In this document: positions 52,501 through 64,000 of the stretch, piece after piece | How the letters are laid out: each line of letters begins with the position of its first letter | How positions within the stretch are numbered: position 1 is the stretch's first letter | Assembly (NCBI GenBank): GCA_033442325.1 | Contig: JAWQFM010000003.1 | Coordinates: 408,724 to 472,723, forward strand | From: Salpingoeca rosetta | Taxonomy: Eukaryota > Protista > Choanoflagellata | Direction: 5' to 3' | Length of the DNA: 64,000 bases | Made by a program: the position numbers and the translations under genes | Notes under the pieces: model-generated | Seen by the model: only the letters and a program-made list of their open reading frames with translations | Told to the model about the DNA's origin: nothing | Databases searched by the model: none

Positions 52501-55500
52501 CCACGCGCGTTGTCGTTTTCCGGGATGCGCACCAGCGTGTGGGTCGGGGCACCTGCTACCATAGCGTCCAGCTGCAGGTCCTCTGCTGCTAGCGTGCCCG
52601 CCCCGCTCACGACAGAGCCCAGCTTCACAACAAAGCCTTCGTCCAGCTCGGGCTGGCCGTCGGCTGCGATGGCAAACGCAACCTGCGCCACTTGCTGTCC
52701 GGGTGCAAACACCACCGTCGCAAGCAGCTCATCAACGGAGACCGGCACCAGAGACACAGCGCTGTTGCTGCTGCTGGTGGTGGTGCTGGCGGCGGCGGTG
52801 CCAGAGTTGTTATTGATACTGTCTGATGCTGTCGCTGAGAGGGAAAAGTCGCTGCCGGCAAGCGTGGGAAGAACGCGTGTTGGATTCAGGGTGCTTCTAT
52901 AGGCAGCGTCGCCGCCCAGTGGCGTGGCGATGTGCTGCTCCGTGCCGTTCACCAGCACATGCAAAGTGACCCGCATGCTGCCAAACAGGCCGCCGCGCCT
53001 GACGATGCCAACCTGGGCACGCTGACCCTCGCTCGACACAACAAGCGAGGAGAGGAGCTCGGGGCGCCCGTACGGGTCGTCGTTCTCCAGGATGGCCACC
53101 TGCAGCACGTCGCCGGCCATGATTGCTGGCTCAGCGGGCTGCGTGGCGGTCGTCTCAAGCAGCACGGGCGAGCCCAGCACAACCCACACCACTTCGGTCA
53201 CCTCTGGCACAGCGTCCTCAAGCACGCTTAGCACAAGTTGCTTGTGCGTTTCGCCGTCCTCGAAGATGACGCTGCTTGTGCTCAACAAAACGTCGCCACC
53301 GGGACCGGTGTCGGCAAAAGCTGAGGCCGTTTGGTTGTAATCATAGTTTGCATTCGGCGCTGCTGCGCCATTGTCAGGGTCACCGCCATCGTCGCTGCTT
53401 TGGTTCTGCAGCTCCCGCGCCCCAATGAGCTCCACAGGAACCTGCACAGTGCCCTCGGTGCCAAACGTGCGCGTCACGGAGATGGTGACGGCTGCCGGCT
53501 CTGACACCGCCACCGCACGGATAACGCGCAGGGTAAAGGTGCCTTGCTCCACGGAAGGAACAACGGTGCCATCAGCCGACAGGTGGACGTCAAATGGAGC
53601 CGAGGTGTCGTCGAACGCGACATGAGCACCGCTTGCACCGGTGATGTTGGCGCTGAAGAGCCCGTGTGGGAAGTCGCTTGCCTCCAGGGTGATGCTGGCC
53701 AGGATGCGCTGTGCATCGAAGCGCGCGCCACCGCTCAGCTCCGTCAGCGCAAGCACAAACTCGTCCTGGTACTCTGGGATTGTGTCGTCCTCGATGCTGA
53801 TGATGATGGGAACAGAGGCGACGCCTTGCTCAAGCACCACCACCCCAGATGTCGGGTGCAGTGCGGTGATGGTGCTAGTTAGGGCAGACCGGAGCTCCCA
53901 GCCAACCGTTGTGCGGCCCACTGTACCTTGGGCGCGGTGCACAAACACCGTCATGCTGCCGTCTTCCTCCTGAACCCGCAGCGTGAGCGAGTCGTTGCGA
54001 ACGCCAACCACCCCATACGGGTCGTCGCTGGCGAGGACTGTCAGTGCAACGGTGCCATTTGTGATGCCACTATCGCTGCTGCCGTCGTCACCGCCACTGC
54101 CATTCGCAGCATACTCCGCGTCGGTTTTGAGCCTCGCACCACCGGTGGCGTTGATCAGCCGCAGTGTAAAGGCAGCGTCCAGCTCGGGAAGCGTATCGTC
54201 AGCGACGGAAATTGCAATGGATGCTTCCCGCACACCATCCCCAAAAGTAACCACGCCACTGCTACGCACAAAGGCTGGTGGCGGTGCTGTCGTTGTCATT
54301 GTTGTTGTTGTTGGTGGTGGTGCTGGAGACTGCGGGACAATCTCCCACTGGGCCTGCACAATGCCAAAGGCGCCGCGTGTGCGAACAACGGGCACCAGCA
54401 GCGTGCTCGGAGCAATCGCCCCTGTACCTTCCTCGCCGGGCGATGGGGGTTCTGCAAGCGTAACAGAGGCACCAAAGTCGGGTGCGATGGCCAGAACACC
54501 ATTTGCATCGTCACTCGCAGGCACGACAATTGTCTTGCGCGTGCCTTGGGGCGCAAAGGCCGACTGGTTTGTGTAGCCGCCAGAGATGCTGGTGAGCGTG
54601 AGGATGTGCGTGCTCTCCAGCTCCGGCACATCGTCGGGGACGATGGGGACAACCAGTGTGGCGTTGATGGCCGCTTCTTCAAACGTCAGGGTGCCGTTGA
54701 GGGTGGAGAAGCTCGCGGCGTCACTCGTGGCGAGGTGCCACGCAACCTCCACTGCACCAAACGCACCCGCATTGCGTTTGACGACAATGCCGGCGGGTTG
54801 CTCGCCCGCTTCGGGCTCACGCACGACCACAAGCGCTTGGTCCGGCTGCTCAAAGGAGAAGACGCCCGATGCCATGTCGTTGGCGGGAATCACGACCGTG
54901 CAAACGGTCTGGTTGCCGAGGGCGGTGGCGTGGGTGAGGTCCTGATTGATGGGCCGCACGCTCTCGAGCACAAGCTGCAGTGCCTCGTCCGCCTCGGGCT
55001 CGTCGTCGTGCAGGACGGTGACGCTGACCGCCTGTGATGCCTGACCCTCCGTGAAGAGGAGTGCAGAGACGGCGTCAATGTAGTCCACCCCACGCGAGGC
55101 GGCCGCAATGCCAGGTGCGCCCGCCAGGATGCGGTAGCGCACAAGCACGCTGCCCCTTGTTGTCGTGCGCGTGATGGCGACGGACGCCGTGCGGAAGAGA
55201 TCGTTCGACGGCTCAGGCACGGAGACATACGCGGCGCCCAGCTCAAACACGCCCAGGGGCGCGTCACTCGCTTCAATGGCAAAGTCGATTGCGAATGCGC
55301 TGGGGTGCGCCGTGGAGATGACGGCGCCGTTGGTGGCGTTGCCGAGCGTCAGCGTGAACACCTGCCTCAGCTCCGGGATGTCATCGTCAGTCGCAGCGAT
55401 GACAATGTGCCCGGTCGTCTGTACGTCCTCAAACACGAGCGTGCCGCGCCAGCTGTCCAGGTTGTCCGCAGGGGACCCAAATTCCACCACGTCCGGGGAT

Positions 55501-57305
55501 GCCGATGCCAGTGCTGCCGCTGACGGTGCCACGCGCCAGTCCACGGTGACGGTGCCGTGCGTTCCCCACAGGCGCTGCACGGCGACGCTGAGCGGGTGCG
55601 TGCTGCCTTCCAGCAGACTGATGGAGGCGGTGTCTTCGAGCTGCAGCAGGCCGTTTGGGAAGTCATTGCGCGGTACGATGACCCGCGCCGTCGTGCTTGT
55701 GCCCAGCGCTGCCTGGTCTGCGCTGAAGCTGATGCTGCTGGCCCGTGTCAGCTGCAGCGCCCACTCCTCCGTAAACTCTGGGATGTCATCCGCGGCGACT
55801 TCAAACTCGAGCAAGGCCCATGTTTGGCCTGGCTGAAACCCCAGCACGCCCGATCTCGGCGCGGACGCTGTGTTGTTGGACGTTGCTGCCCACTCGAGGC
55901 GTGCCTCGCCAAACGCGGCGCCGGTGCGGGTAACGTTGAAGATGGCCACGTGCGGCTGCAGTGCGTCCTCATCGGGCTCTGCAATGACAACCACGGGTGA
56001 AGCACCGCTGCTGGCGGTTGCGGTGTTGAGCTGAAACTGGAATTGGCCGCCAGCGACGTCGCTCGCTTGGATGACGACGAGCATGGACGAGTTTTCAAAC
56101 ACACGCGCTGCGGCGGTGCCTTCGGCGGTACCAGACAGCGCCAGAGTTACAACAAAGGCCTCGTTCGGCTCCGCGACAGCGTCCGTGCTCAGCGGTACGA
56201 GGACGGTTGCCGTTGTTTGGCCCTCTGCAAAGGTGACAACCCGAGAGACAGGGGTGTAGTCCTGCGCTGGTGTTGCTGTTGCGAGGACGAGCGGGTCGTC
56301 CGCGAACCAGTCGAAGCTGCTCTGGACGGCGGCAGAGACCGCACTGGCGTCGCTGGTTGTCTCGACGAGGACCTGCGCCGTACCCAGCGCGCCGGAAGCA
56401 CGGGCAATGGTGAGGGCGGCGGCGTGGCTGGCGGTGCCTGTTTTCTCGCGCACGCCCAGCTCTGCCAGGGCGAAGGAGAAGCTGCCCAGCGGGTAGTCAT
56501 TGGCGCTGATGACGACGTCCATGCTGGTCAGGTCGGAGTTGGCGGAGAGGGAGGCGCCGCCGCTGACAACCTGGGTGAGGCTGAGCACAAACGACTCCTG
56601 CAGCTCAGGCACGTCATCGTTGATGACGGGAATGATGAGGTTGACGGAGGAGTCGCCCTGGTCGAAGACGAGGGTGCCCGATGCGAGGGCAAAGTCGTCC
56701 TCGCCGCCGCCGATCTCCCACGCCACGGTCTGCTCGCCAAAGCGGCCGCCAGACCGCCCAATGACGGCAATGAGCGCGCTGCCCTCGCTTGTGACGGTGG
56801 GCCCGCTGGGACCACCAAAGTTGATGAAGGCGATGGTGCCGTACGGATTCTCGTTGAGCGGGACGGTGACGGTGAACGCGTCCTGGGCTATGGAGACGCC
56901 GGAAACGGGCGCAAGGAGGCTGAGGCGCAAGGCGAAGGTCTCGTTGAGCTCTGGCCCATCGTTTGACTCAACCACAAACACCCACGACGCAGAGGAGCTG
57001 CCGGCAAACAGGGCAAACTGTGCCTGCATGGGGAAGAAGTCGTCAGACTCCAGCGTCTGCGTCTGGATGGGGTCGACGGTGATCTCAACAATGACGTTGC
57101 TGGGCAAGGGCTCCGATGCGGACACGAGCACGGACAGGGCGTCGCCTTCCCGCGCAACGGCGCAGTCCTCGCCCTGCGCCAAGGAGGCGCATTGCCTCTG
57201 GATGCTCAGCTGTGTTGTGGCGTGTGCGGGACTCACGACACAGAGCGCAAGCAGGCACAGCATGGCCACCACACGTGCCATCGCTGGCCACCTTTCCGCT
57301 GTCAT
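36435..57305 (-). CDS. ADGRV1: ADGRV1/VLGR1-like giant adhesion GPCR (~6,793 aa): signal peptide, ~30-35 Calx-beta repeats, EAR-like propeller region, two PAN/apple-like inserts, GPS, 7TM, PDZ-binding tail; exons 57305-37849 and 37359-36435
   Basis: Signal [21 protein letters not shown]. About 28 clear DDxPExxE.F.V.L / I..NDxPxG motifs by manual count, plus degenerate copies. [17 protein letters not shown]...CACTHM. Seven TM segments across the AT|GTAAGA...CGCAG|G junction. Tail contains EFDDLIAAL and ends [13 protein letters not shown]. Confidence 0.92.
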
Positions 57306-57367
57306 TTTGTTCTGGGCTCGTACGGGGCGCACCTGCAACCCCTTTATGGCGTACGTGTGCGAGAGAA

Positions 57368-57403
<36 letters not shown>

Positions 57404-57737
57404 AGTGTGTGTGTGGATGTGCGTGTGTGTGGGTGTGGATGTGTGTGTGTGGATGTGCGTGAGTGTGTGTGTGGATGTGTGTGTGTGTGGATGTGCGTGA
57501 GTGTGTGTGTGGATGTGCGTGAGTGTGTGTGAGAGCGATGAACAACAAGTTGACTTGAAGGCGGCGTGCAAAGCAAACAAACTAATCTCTGTGAGACACC
57601 AGCAAACCAACACACACAGAGAGACGCACGCATATCCTTCACCTTTTCAGGACCGAGGGCCTGACAATGGCACCGCAAGTAGCCTCGACTGGTGATGGCG
57701 AGGTCGCAAAGGGCGGACGTTGAAACCTTGTGCCACT

Positions 57738-57770
<33 letters not shown>

Positions 57771-57955
57771 TGGATTGATGTGCATGAATGCTCAAGGCAA
57801 AAGACACAACATCAACGGCGGGAGGTGGGGAAAAGAGAAAGGGGTGTGTGTTCAGGAGAAGGCAAATTTGACTTTATGGCTGTTGGTCAATTTTGACTTT
57901 TTGCATTTGATCGACAAACAACGGAAGGAACACAAGAAGCAAGCAAGCAAGCAAG

Positions 57956-58049
57956 ATGGTGTGGTTGTGTGGCGACGGGTTGCTGTTTGGTGTCGTGCAT
58001 GGAGGAATTAGACACGCGGATGCATGCGTGCGCGCAGCGAGAGAAACCG

Positions 58050-58115
<66 letters not shown>

Positions 58116-58189
58116 CACACGCGAACACAGCTTTGATCAATCAAGAGATGGGTCGATTGTGGGTGTTTGCTTCTCATGTGTTGTTGTCG

Positions 58190-58228
<39 letters not shown>

Positions 58229-59628
58229 GCTGTGACAAAACAGAGCCGCCACTTTCCCACCATCCGCCCTGAAGGCGATGCGCCGCTGAACACACAACCC
58301 ACCTCCGGGCCCTTTGGATGCCACGACACCCTTCGCAAAGGGTGCGTTTGTGTGTACTTGTGAGTGTGAATAAGTGTGTACTTGTGAGTGTGGACAACGT
58401 ACGTCCTTGTATGAACTCCTTATGTCTGACGTGCGTGCTTGACATGGCACGCTTTGTTTGTTGCAGGCCGACTTCTGCACGGGCCGAGGTCGCCCCCAAG
58501 CATCCTGTCGAAGTGGCACAGGCAAAGGTGAGAGAGCTTGGGGCTGTTAATGGTGTCGAGCGTTGCCGCCAGGCTCGCGCGCGGCAGGCTCGCGCTTCCC
58601 TGCCACCGCGCGCGAGCGTGTGTTTGACAAACACGTTACGTTCGCATGTCCCTGCTCCTTGCTTTGCGTTTGTTTCGTCGCAACACCAACGCTCTCCCTA
58701 GCCGCCTTTTCGCCTTGACACCCACACTCTCACCACTCACCACCACTCACCATCGCCACCCACCGACTCACCACCATCACGCGCCTGTTTTGGTTTGTTG
58801 GGTTTGGTACAGCACGAAGCACACCATGAGAAGCTGAAGATGAGCATCATGGGCGCCATCCAGGTACACCATCACACCAAGGCGTCCGTCGCCACAGGCA
58901 CACACTGTGGCTGGAGTGCGATTCCCACCGCTGCACGCACACACATGCACATGCACGGTACAGCCATGCTTACAACTGTCATCCGTCGCTTGTCATCTCA
59001 TCAATGTCACGCATGTATCTGCTGTGTTTTGTTTCCCAGGGCCCTGCTGCGCCGCAGCTCGTGAAACTGGAGCGGGCCATCTATGCACAGGTTTGTCACA
59101 CCCCGGGGGTCAAGTGCACACGAAGAGAGGAAACATCACCACCACCACAAACGGCGTTGCGGCACTTTGTGCATGTCTCAAACCACACCTGCTCACGAGC
59201 TTGTTCACTGTGCCCAACACGTGCACGTGTGCATGTGCGTGTGCGTGTGTGTGGTTGATGTGCTTGTGCAACTGCAGAACCAGCGCCTGCCGTCGCTGCA
59301 CAGCTCACACCTCGCCCTCGACGTCTCCACGGGCCGCCTGGGCGTCATGGACTTTGACGACTTCCTCAACGGTGTGACGGCGTGTCTTGTGTGTGTAGAC
59401 CGTGTGGTTGTTGTAACTGTGTGTTTGGCGCAACTGCATGTCTGTTTAGACAACCTTGCTTTTGCTGGTGTCAACGGTATGTTGGTGAATCAATGCCAAG
59501 CGAGCCCATCATCTCACACCACCCTCCCACCACGATGACGCCGTGTTGTGTGGCCAGACCCGCGCGATTCCGAGAAGATGGTGGATGTGCACACGGCGGT
59601 GGAGGCCTCGCCCGCCTTCAAGCGCTGA
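57956..59628 (+). CDS. POMP: Proteasome maturation protein (POMP/UMP1), about 7 exons; first exon probably ATG only
   Basis: Spliced translation (M)SRHFPTIRPEG...FGCHDTLRKG|PTSARAEVAPKHPVE...|...GAIQ|GPAAPQLVKLERAIYAQ|NQRLPSLHSSHLALDVSTGRLGVMDFDDFLN|DPRDSEKMVDVHTAVE matches UMP1 family motifs. TGA at 59626-59628. Confidence 0.88.
58055..58112 (+). repeat. (AG)n microsatellite in POMP intron 1
   Basis: Perfect AG run. Confidence 0.9.
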
Positions 59629-60346
59629 GCAACAGCAACAGCAGCAGCAGCAACAACAACACTCGCGCGCGCGCGCACACTCACACACATACACGCATGC
59701 ACATGCATTCATGTACACGTGAGCTGATGCATGGTGTGCGAAGCAGTTGTTGTGCTTGTGGATGATGTTTGTGTCCGGTGTTAAGGGTGAAGGGTGACAC
59801 CCTGTCGTGTTTGGGTGTCGTGCCTTGCATTGGTTTGACGGCTGGTGAAGATCGTGTGTGTTCATGTCGTTACGATGCTGCTGTGCTGTGCGCACAAGCG
59901 AGTACCTTCCATGTATGTGTGCGTGTGTATGTGGATGACGTGGTGTGTTTGCGGGTTGTAGGAGCACGCCACCCGTTGTCTTGTTCACTCCCTGTCGTAC
60001 TGGTCCATCTTCACAATAACAAACAACAAACAAACAGAACAACAAGAAGAAGAGTCAGTCATTCGTCACACACGAGGGATGCGCGGGATTGCGCGGTTTT
60101 ATACGTTCACAATTGCGCGAATCAGCGGGTGTAATGTAACATGGAACGACAACACAGAGGGGGGAAATGGAGAGGGTGTGTATGCATATGCAGTTGTGTG
60201 TGCATGTGCATATGAGTGTTATGTGCATGTGGGTGCGTATGAGTCTGCTATGTGTTGTGGAAGATGAAAGAGTGCAAAAATAAGCAAACAGTGAACGCTG
60301 GAAAGGGCACAAAAGCTGGTATGTAGTTTGTGCCTGATCCGCGTGG

Positions 60347-60389
<43 letters not shown>

Positions 60390-60440
60390 AGGGGGATCAA
60401 GATGGAATGTAGAGCTGTTGGTTTGGTTTGCTGCTGTCGT

Positions 60441-61728
60441 TCACTTGAACGGCTTGAACTCCACCCCATCCGGGGGCTTCACCTCCACCTGCAACGGCCA
60501 GCACAGCGGGAAGGGGGGGGGGAAGTAGAATGCGATGCACCAACCGTGAGCAGGCTCGAAGAAGTGGGATGGAGGAGAGAGTGGGAGAGGGGCGGGGGCG
60601 AGACAAGCACACACACACATACACACAGACACAGACACAGACAGAGACAGACAGACAGACAGACAGACAGAGACAGAGACAGACACAGACAGAGACAGAC
60701 ACACGCACAGGACAAGCATGTACGGACCTTTGACTGTTTGACCTCGTCCCAGTTTGTGCTGAGGACGGTGCCGTTGCTCTCCACAAACGATTTCATCATC
60801 GCCCGCTTCACCTCATCGCTTCCTACACACGTGGCACGATGAAATGGGGATGGGCGTGTGAGGAGATGAGGTCTGGCGGCGAAGGTGATCAAGGGCAAGT
60901 GAAGCAGCGGGCGTAGCACCCTGAGGCTATGTGCGCCAACACACACAACACCAACACACAACACAACAGCAACACAAAACACAACAGCAACACAAAACAC
61001 AACACACAACACACAACACCAACACCCATTGAGCGGCAGCGGACCGTCGCCGTAGATTTGCTGGAAGAGCTTCTGCATTGCGGCCTCGCCCTCCGGCTTC
61101 TCGGTCTTCTCCTCCTCCTCAACTTCCCGCCCTGAATAGCATCATCGCCGCAGCGGTGGCACCAGTCGCAGAGGACAATAGGCCCACGTGTTGGAAGGCA
61201 TTGAGGTGAGTGGCTGCCGTCAGTGCGAATTGTACATCACACAAGCACACTTTCACAGGCAGGCAGGCAGGCAGGCAGGCAGACAGACAGACACAGACAC
61301 ACGCAGACACACAGACACAGACACACAGACACACAGACACACACACCGAGGCGGTCCCAGTCTGCGGTTGTGCGCGGCTTTCGAGCGGGCTTTGGGGCCT
61401 GCTCTACGCTCTTTGGCTTGACAAAGTCGGACCAGTGCATGCGTGTCTTCTTCTTCAGCTTCATCTCCACCTGAGAAGCGGCAACAAGCGGCCGGCACAC
61501 CACGGCGTTGAGCAGGTGTTTTCGTTGCGGTTGAAGGCAACCGTCATGACAGACGCACATGTACATACTTACTTGCACGCACACAAACGCACATGCACAT
61601 ACTTGCTCGCACACAAACGCACATGCACATACTTGCTCACCCACACCCACACACCCACACCCACACCCACACCCACCCACGCACTCACCCACACACCCAC
61701 CCACTCCCCACACCCACACCCACACACA

Positions 61729-61772
<44 letters not shown>

Positions 61773-62546
61773 CACCCACCCACACATATCCGTGGCTCAC
61801 CTTGACTGGCACAACGCGCAAGGTGTACGAGTCGGGTTCCACGTCTGAGAAGAGGTCTTCATCAAAGAGGGCCTCTGTGCCGTCCGGCAGCTTGGCACGG
61901 AGCGTGAGGTGTGTCGACGTCAGTGTCACCTGCACATCCTCTGGCTTCAGCTTCTTCAGCACAAAGGAGACCACCACCTCCGTGTTTGACTATCACACAC
62001 AAAGCACAACAAACACGACGTGCGCACAGCACAAGCGCGGAAAAAATGAAAACAAGGCCAGCGAATGGATCACGGCGACCACAGCCAAGGTCAGCGGACG
62101 CAGCCAAGAGCGACCATGGCCAAGAGCGAGCGCAGCCAAGGGTGAAGGCATGTCCTGTTCGACGACCAGCGTTGAGCAACCCACAGCCAAGCACAAAAAA
62201 TGCACATCAAACCCCCTGAGCAACCGTCGTACCTGGTAGTAGTTGTACCGAACTGGCGCTGGCGCTGCAGCGCTGTCGGTGACAGGTGTCGTGGTGGTGG
62301 TGGCAGGTTTGGGTGTGTCAGCCTGCAAGACAAACAAACAGACACACAAACGGAAACGAAGGCGGACACGTCACCAAGCAGCAAGCTGCGGCTAGATAGA
62401 AAGAAAACCAAGCAATGAAAAAAGCCACCAAGGTTAAGCCAACAATGCATGCAGCACAGTCAAGTGTTGACACACACAGCTGCCAACCACCGCCACTCAG
62501 ACGACCGGTCCCTGCCGTATGGAACCAGCTCAAGCACCATTACCAT
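60441..62546 (-). CDS. SGT1: SGT1 (SUGT1) HSP90 co-chaperone, CS+SGS domains only; first exon probably ATG only
   Basis: VRYNYYQ|SNTEVVVSF...VK|VEMKLKK...W (CS domain) and DWDRL|G...EGEAAMQKLFQQIYGDG|SDEVKRAMMKSFVESNGTVLSTNWDEV...|VEVKPPDGVEFKPFK* (SGS domain). Confidence 0.92.
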
Positions 62547-62988
62547 TGCCGTGCGGCGGTGTGCGATGTTGTTGTGTTGCTCTGCGACACCACAAAAATG
62601 GCTGGATGTGATTGTAGAGGATTGTTGTAAATCTTTGCCGAATAAGCCGGAATCTTGTTCGCCCAAAAAACCCAGCCAGCCAGAACGAGCCAGCCACACA
62701 CACCCACAAACAAGCAACAACCACAAACACAACGCCAGGTGTCTGGTCCTTTCCGCAACCAAGCAGGCATCTTCCCGCCTCTCGGAATCGTGTCCTTGGC
62801 GTCATCTCCGCTGCCGGCCATCTGTCTGGTGGGTTGTGTTGTGTTGTGTGAAGTCTCGCAGCCCCCAAAGCAGCCCTTGAAGACGAGGTAAACGTGCGTG
62901 CGCGTGCGTGTTGGGGGTGTTGAAAGAGGACTCGAACAACCCTGGACAGAAAGCAGGAGGAGCCAAGGCCTGCACCCAAGCCCAAACT

Positions 62989-63064
<76 letters not shown>

Positions 63065-63292
63065 AAGCTGCCAATTGGAGCTTAGTTACGTTCTGACAAC
63101 GGCCAGCTGCTGTGTTGCTGGCAAGTTTCCGCGACCAAAAGGCCAAGGCCAACCAACCAGCCACCGGCAATCCAGAGCAGCAGCCCATCCGATCTACACA
63201 TCCACCCACCCACCAGCGCGACATCAGCCGAACACTCACGCAAGGGACTAATCCAGGGAGGGGCAGCCTCGCCAACGTGAATAGAGTGAGCC

Positions 63293-64000
63293 ATGAGCTC
63301 TCCCCAACGGGCACCGCCCTCCCCGCTGCAGGACGGCGAGCACATGCCGTACCGGCGCGGGCAAGACATCAGCGAATCAGAGCTGGAGGACCAGAACCCC
63401 AACATCAGCCTGCCCGTGGACTTTGAGCACTTTTTGCATGTGGGTGCGCAGAACCTGGGCGACGTGAATGTGCTCTGCCGCGATCAGCAGAAGGCGTTTG
63501 AGGAGGTGGTGGCCAGGCGCACGCGCCGCCTCCCACAGCCGCCACAGTCGCCAATGATCGACGACAAGCGCACCAACAAACCCACGCCCCGGATGCCGGC
63601 AACGGCGCCCGCAACGCCGCGCGCCATGTCGCGGCAGTCCTCATCATCGTCGCAGCAGAGCGGCCGCAGTGCCCCGCGCACGCCGTCCAGCCGCCTCCTC
63701 CGCACCATCCTGCGCAGCGACACCCCATCAAAGCGGCGCGGCAAAGAGGACACGCGACAGCACGTGCAGGAGGCCATTGAGAGCATTGAGCAGGGCCGTC
63801 TGCAGCGGCTGAGCGAGCTCCTCGAATCAGACAGTGTCGACGCCAACGCGTGCGTACCCTTCGATCCTTGCGTGTGTGTGTGTGTGTGTGTGGCTGGCTG
63901 TGCGTGTGCACGTGCATGTGCATGTTGGTGGGCGCACCTGTGTGTGAACATTGGCTGAGCTTGTTGTGGTGGGTTCTGTGTGCTTGCCTTGTGTTACGCC
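63293..64000 (+). CDS. CRIB (Cdc42/Rac-binding) motif plus start of ankyrin-like repeat; 3'-truncated, first exon to ~63848
   Basis: NISLPVDFEHFLHVG (63401-63445) fits ISxPxxFxHxxHVG. AIEQGRLQRLSELL-type segment (IESIEQGRLQRLSELLESDSVDANA) resembles an ankyrin repeat and is followed by a GTGCGT donor and GT-rich intron. Confidence 0.7.

Noticed and set aside
39127-57462. Long + strand ORFs antisense to ADGRV1 (e.g. 39127-40467, 51238-52902)
   Set aside because: Shadow ORFs produced by GC-rich codon bias; no recognisable domains.
57306-57548. N-terminal extension of the 6567-aa ORF (also the TTG/GTG starts at 35339 and 22461)
   Set aside because: The 57306-57548 extension is translated CA microsatellite, and all three begin at non-ATG codons. 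The signal peptide follows ATG 57305/57281.

Overview
Eukaryotic, intron-rich genomic DNA dense in (GT/CA)n, (CAA)n and (TTG)n microsatellites, with one assembly gap (26843-27220). Gene content and sequence style suggest a choanoflagellate such as Salpingoeca rosetta; this is an inference. I spliced 13 protein-coding genes by hand: (1) the 3' end of a 23-aa-repeat L-domain/Ecm33-like protein; (2) a GH27 alpha-galactosidase/NAGA-like enzyme with a DUF3011-like Cys-rich insert, starting 79 bp head-to-head from (3) an MFSD6-like transporter; (4) an MGAT4-family GlcNAc transferase; (5) an EF-hand membrane protein; (6) a CCDC191-like protein; (7) a protein with four APCDD1-like domains on an ATG27/M6PR-type TM and tail; (8) an ECHDC1-like crotonase; (9) a full-length, inverted paralog of gene 1 (type II membrane, mucin stalk); (10) a ~6,790-aa ADGRV1/VLGR1-like adhesion GPCR, almost all in one 19.5-kb exon and ending in ...IADTHL like the human protein; (11) POMP/UMP1; (12) a TPR-less SGT1; (13) the 5' end of a CRIB+ankyrin protein. 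The best candidates for new biology are the APCDD1 x4 sorting-receptor fusion, the hypervariable modular repeat receptor family, and the Usher-type ADGRV1 with an altered GPS site. All family assignments come from motif recognition by eye, not database searches.
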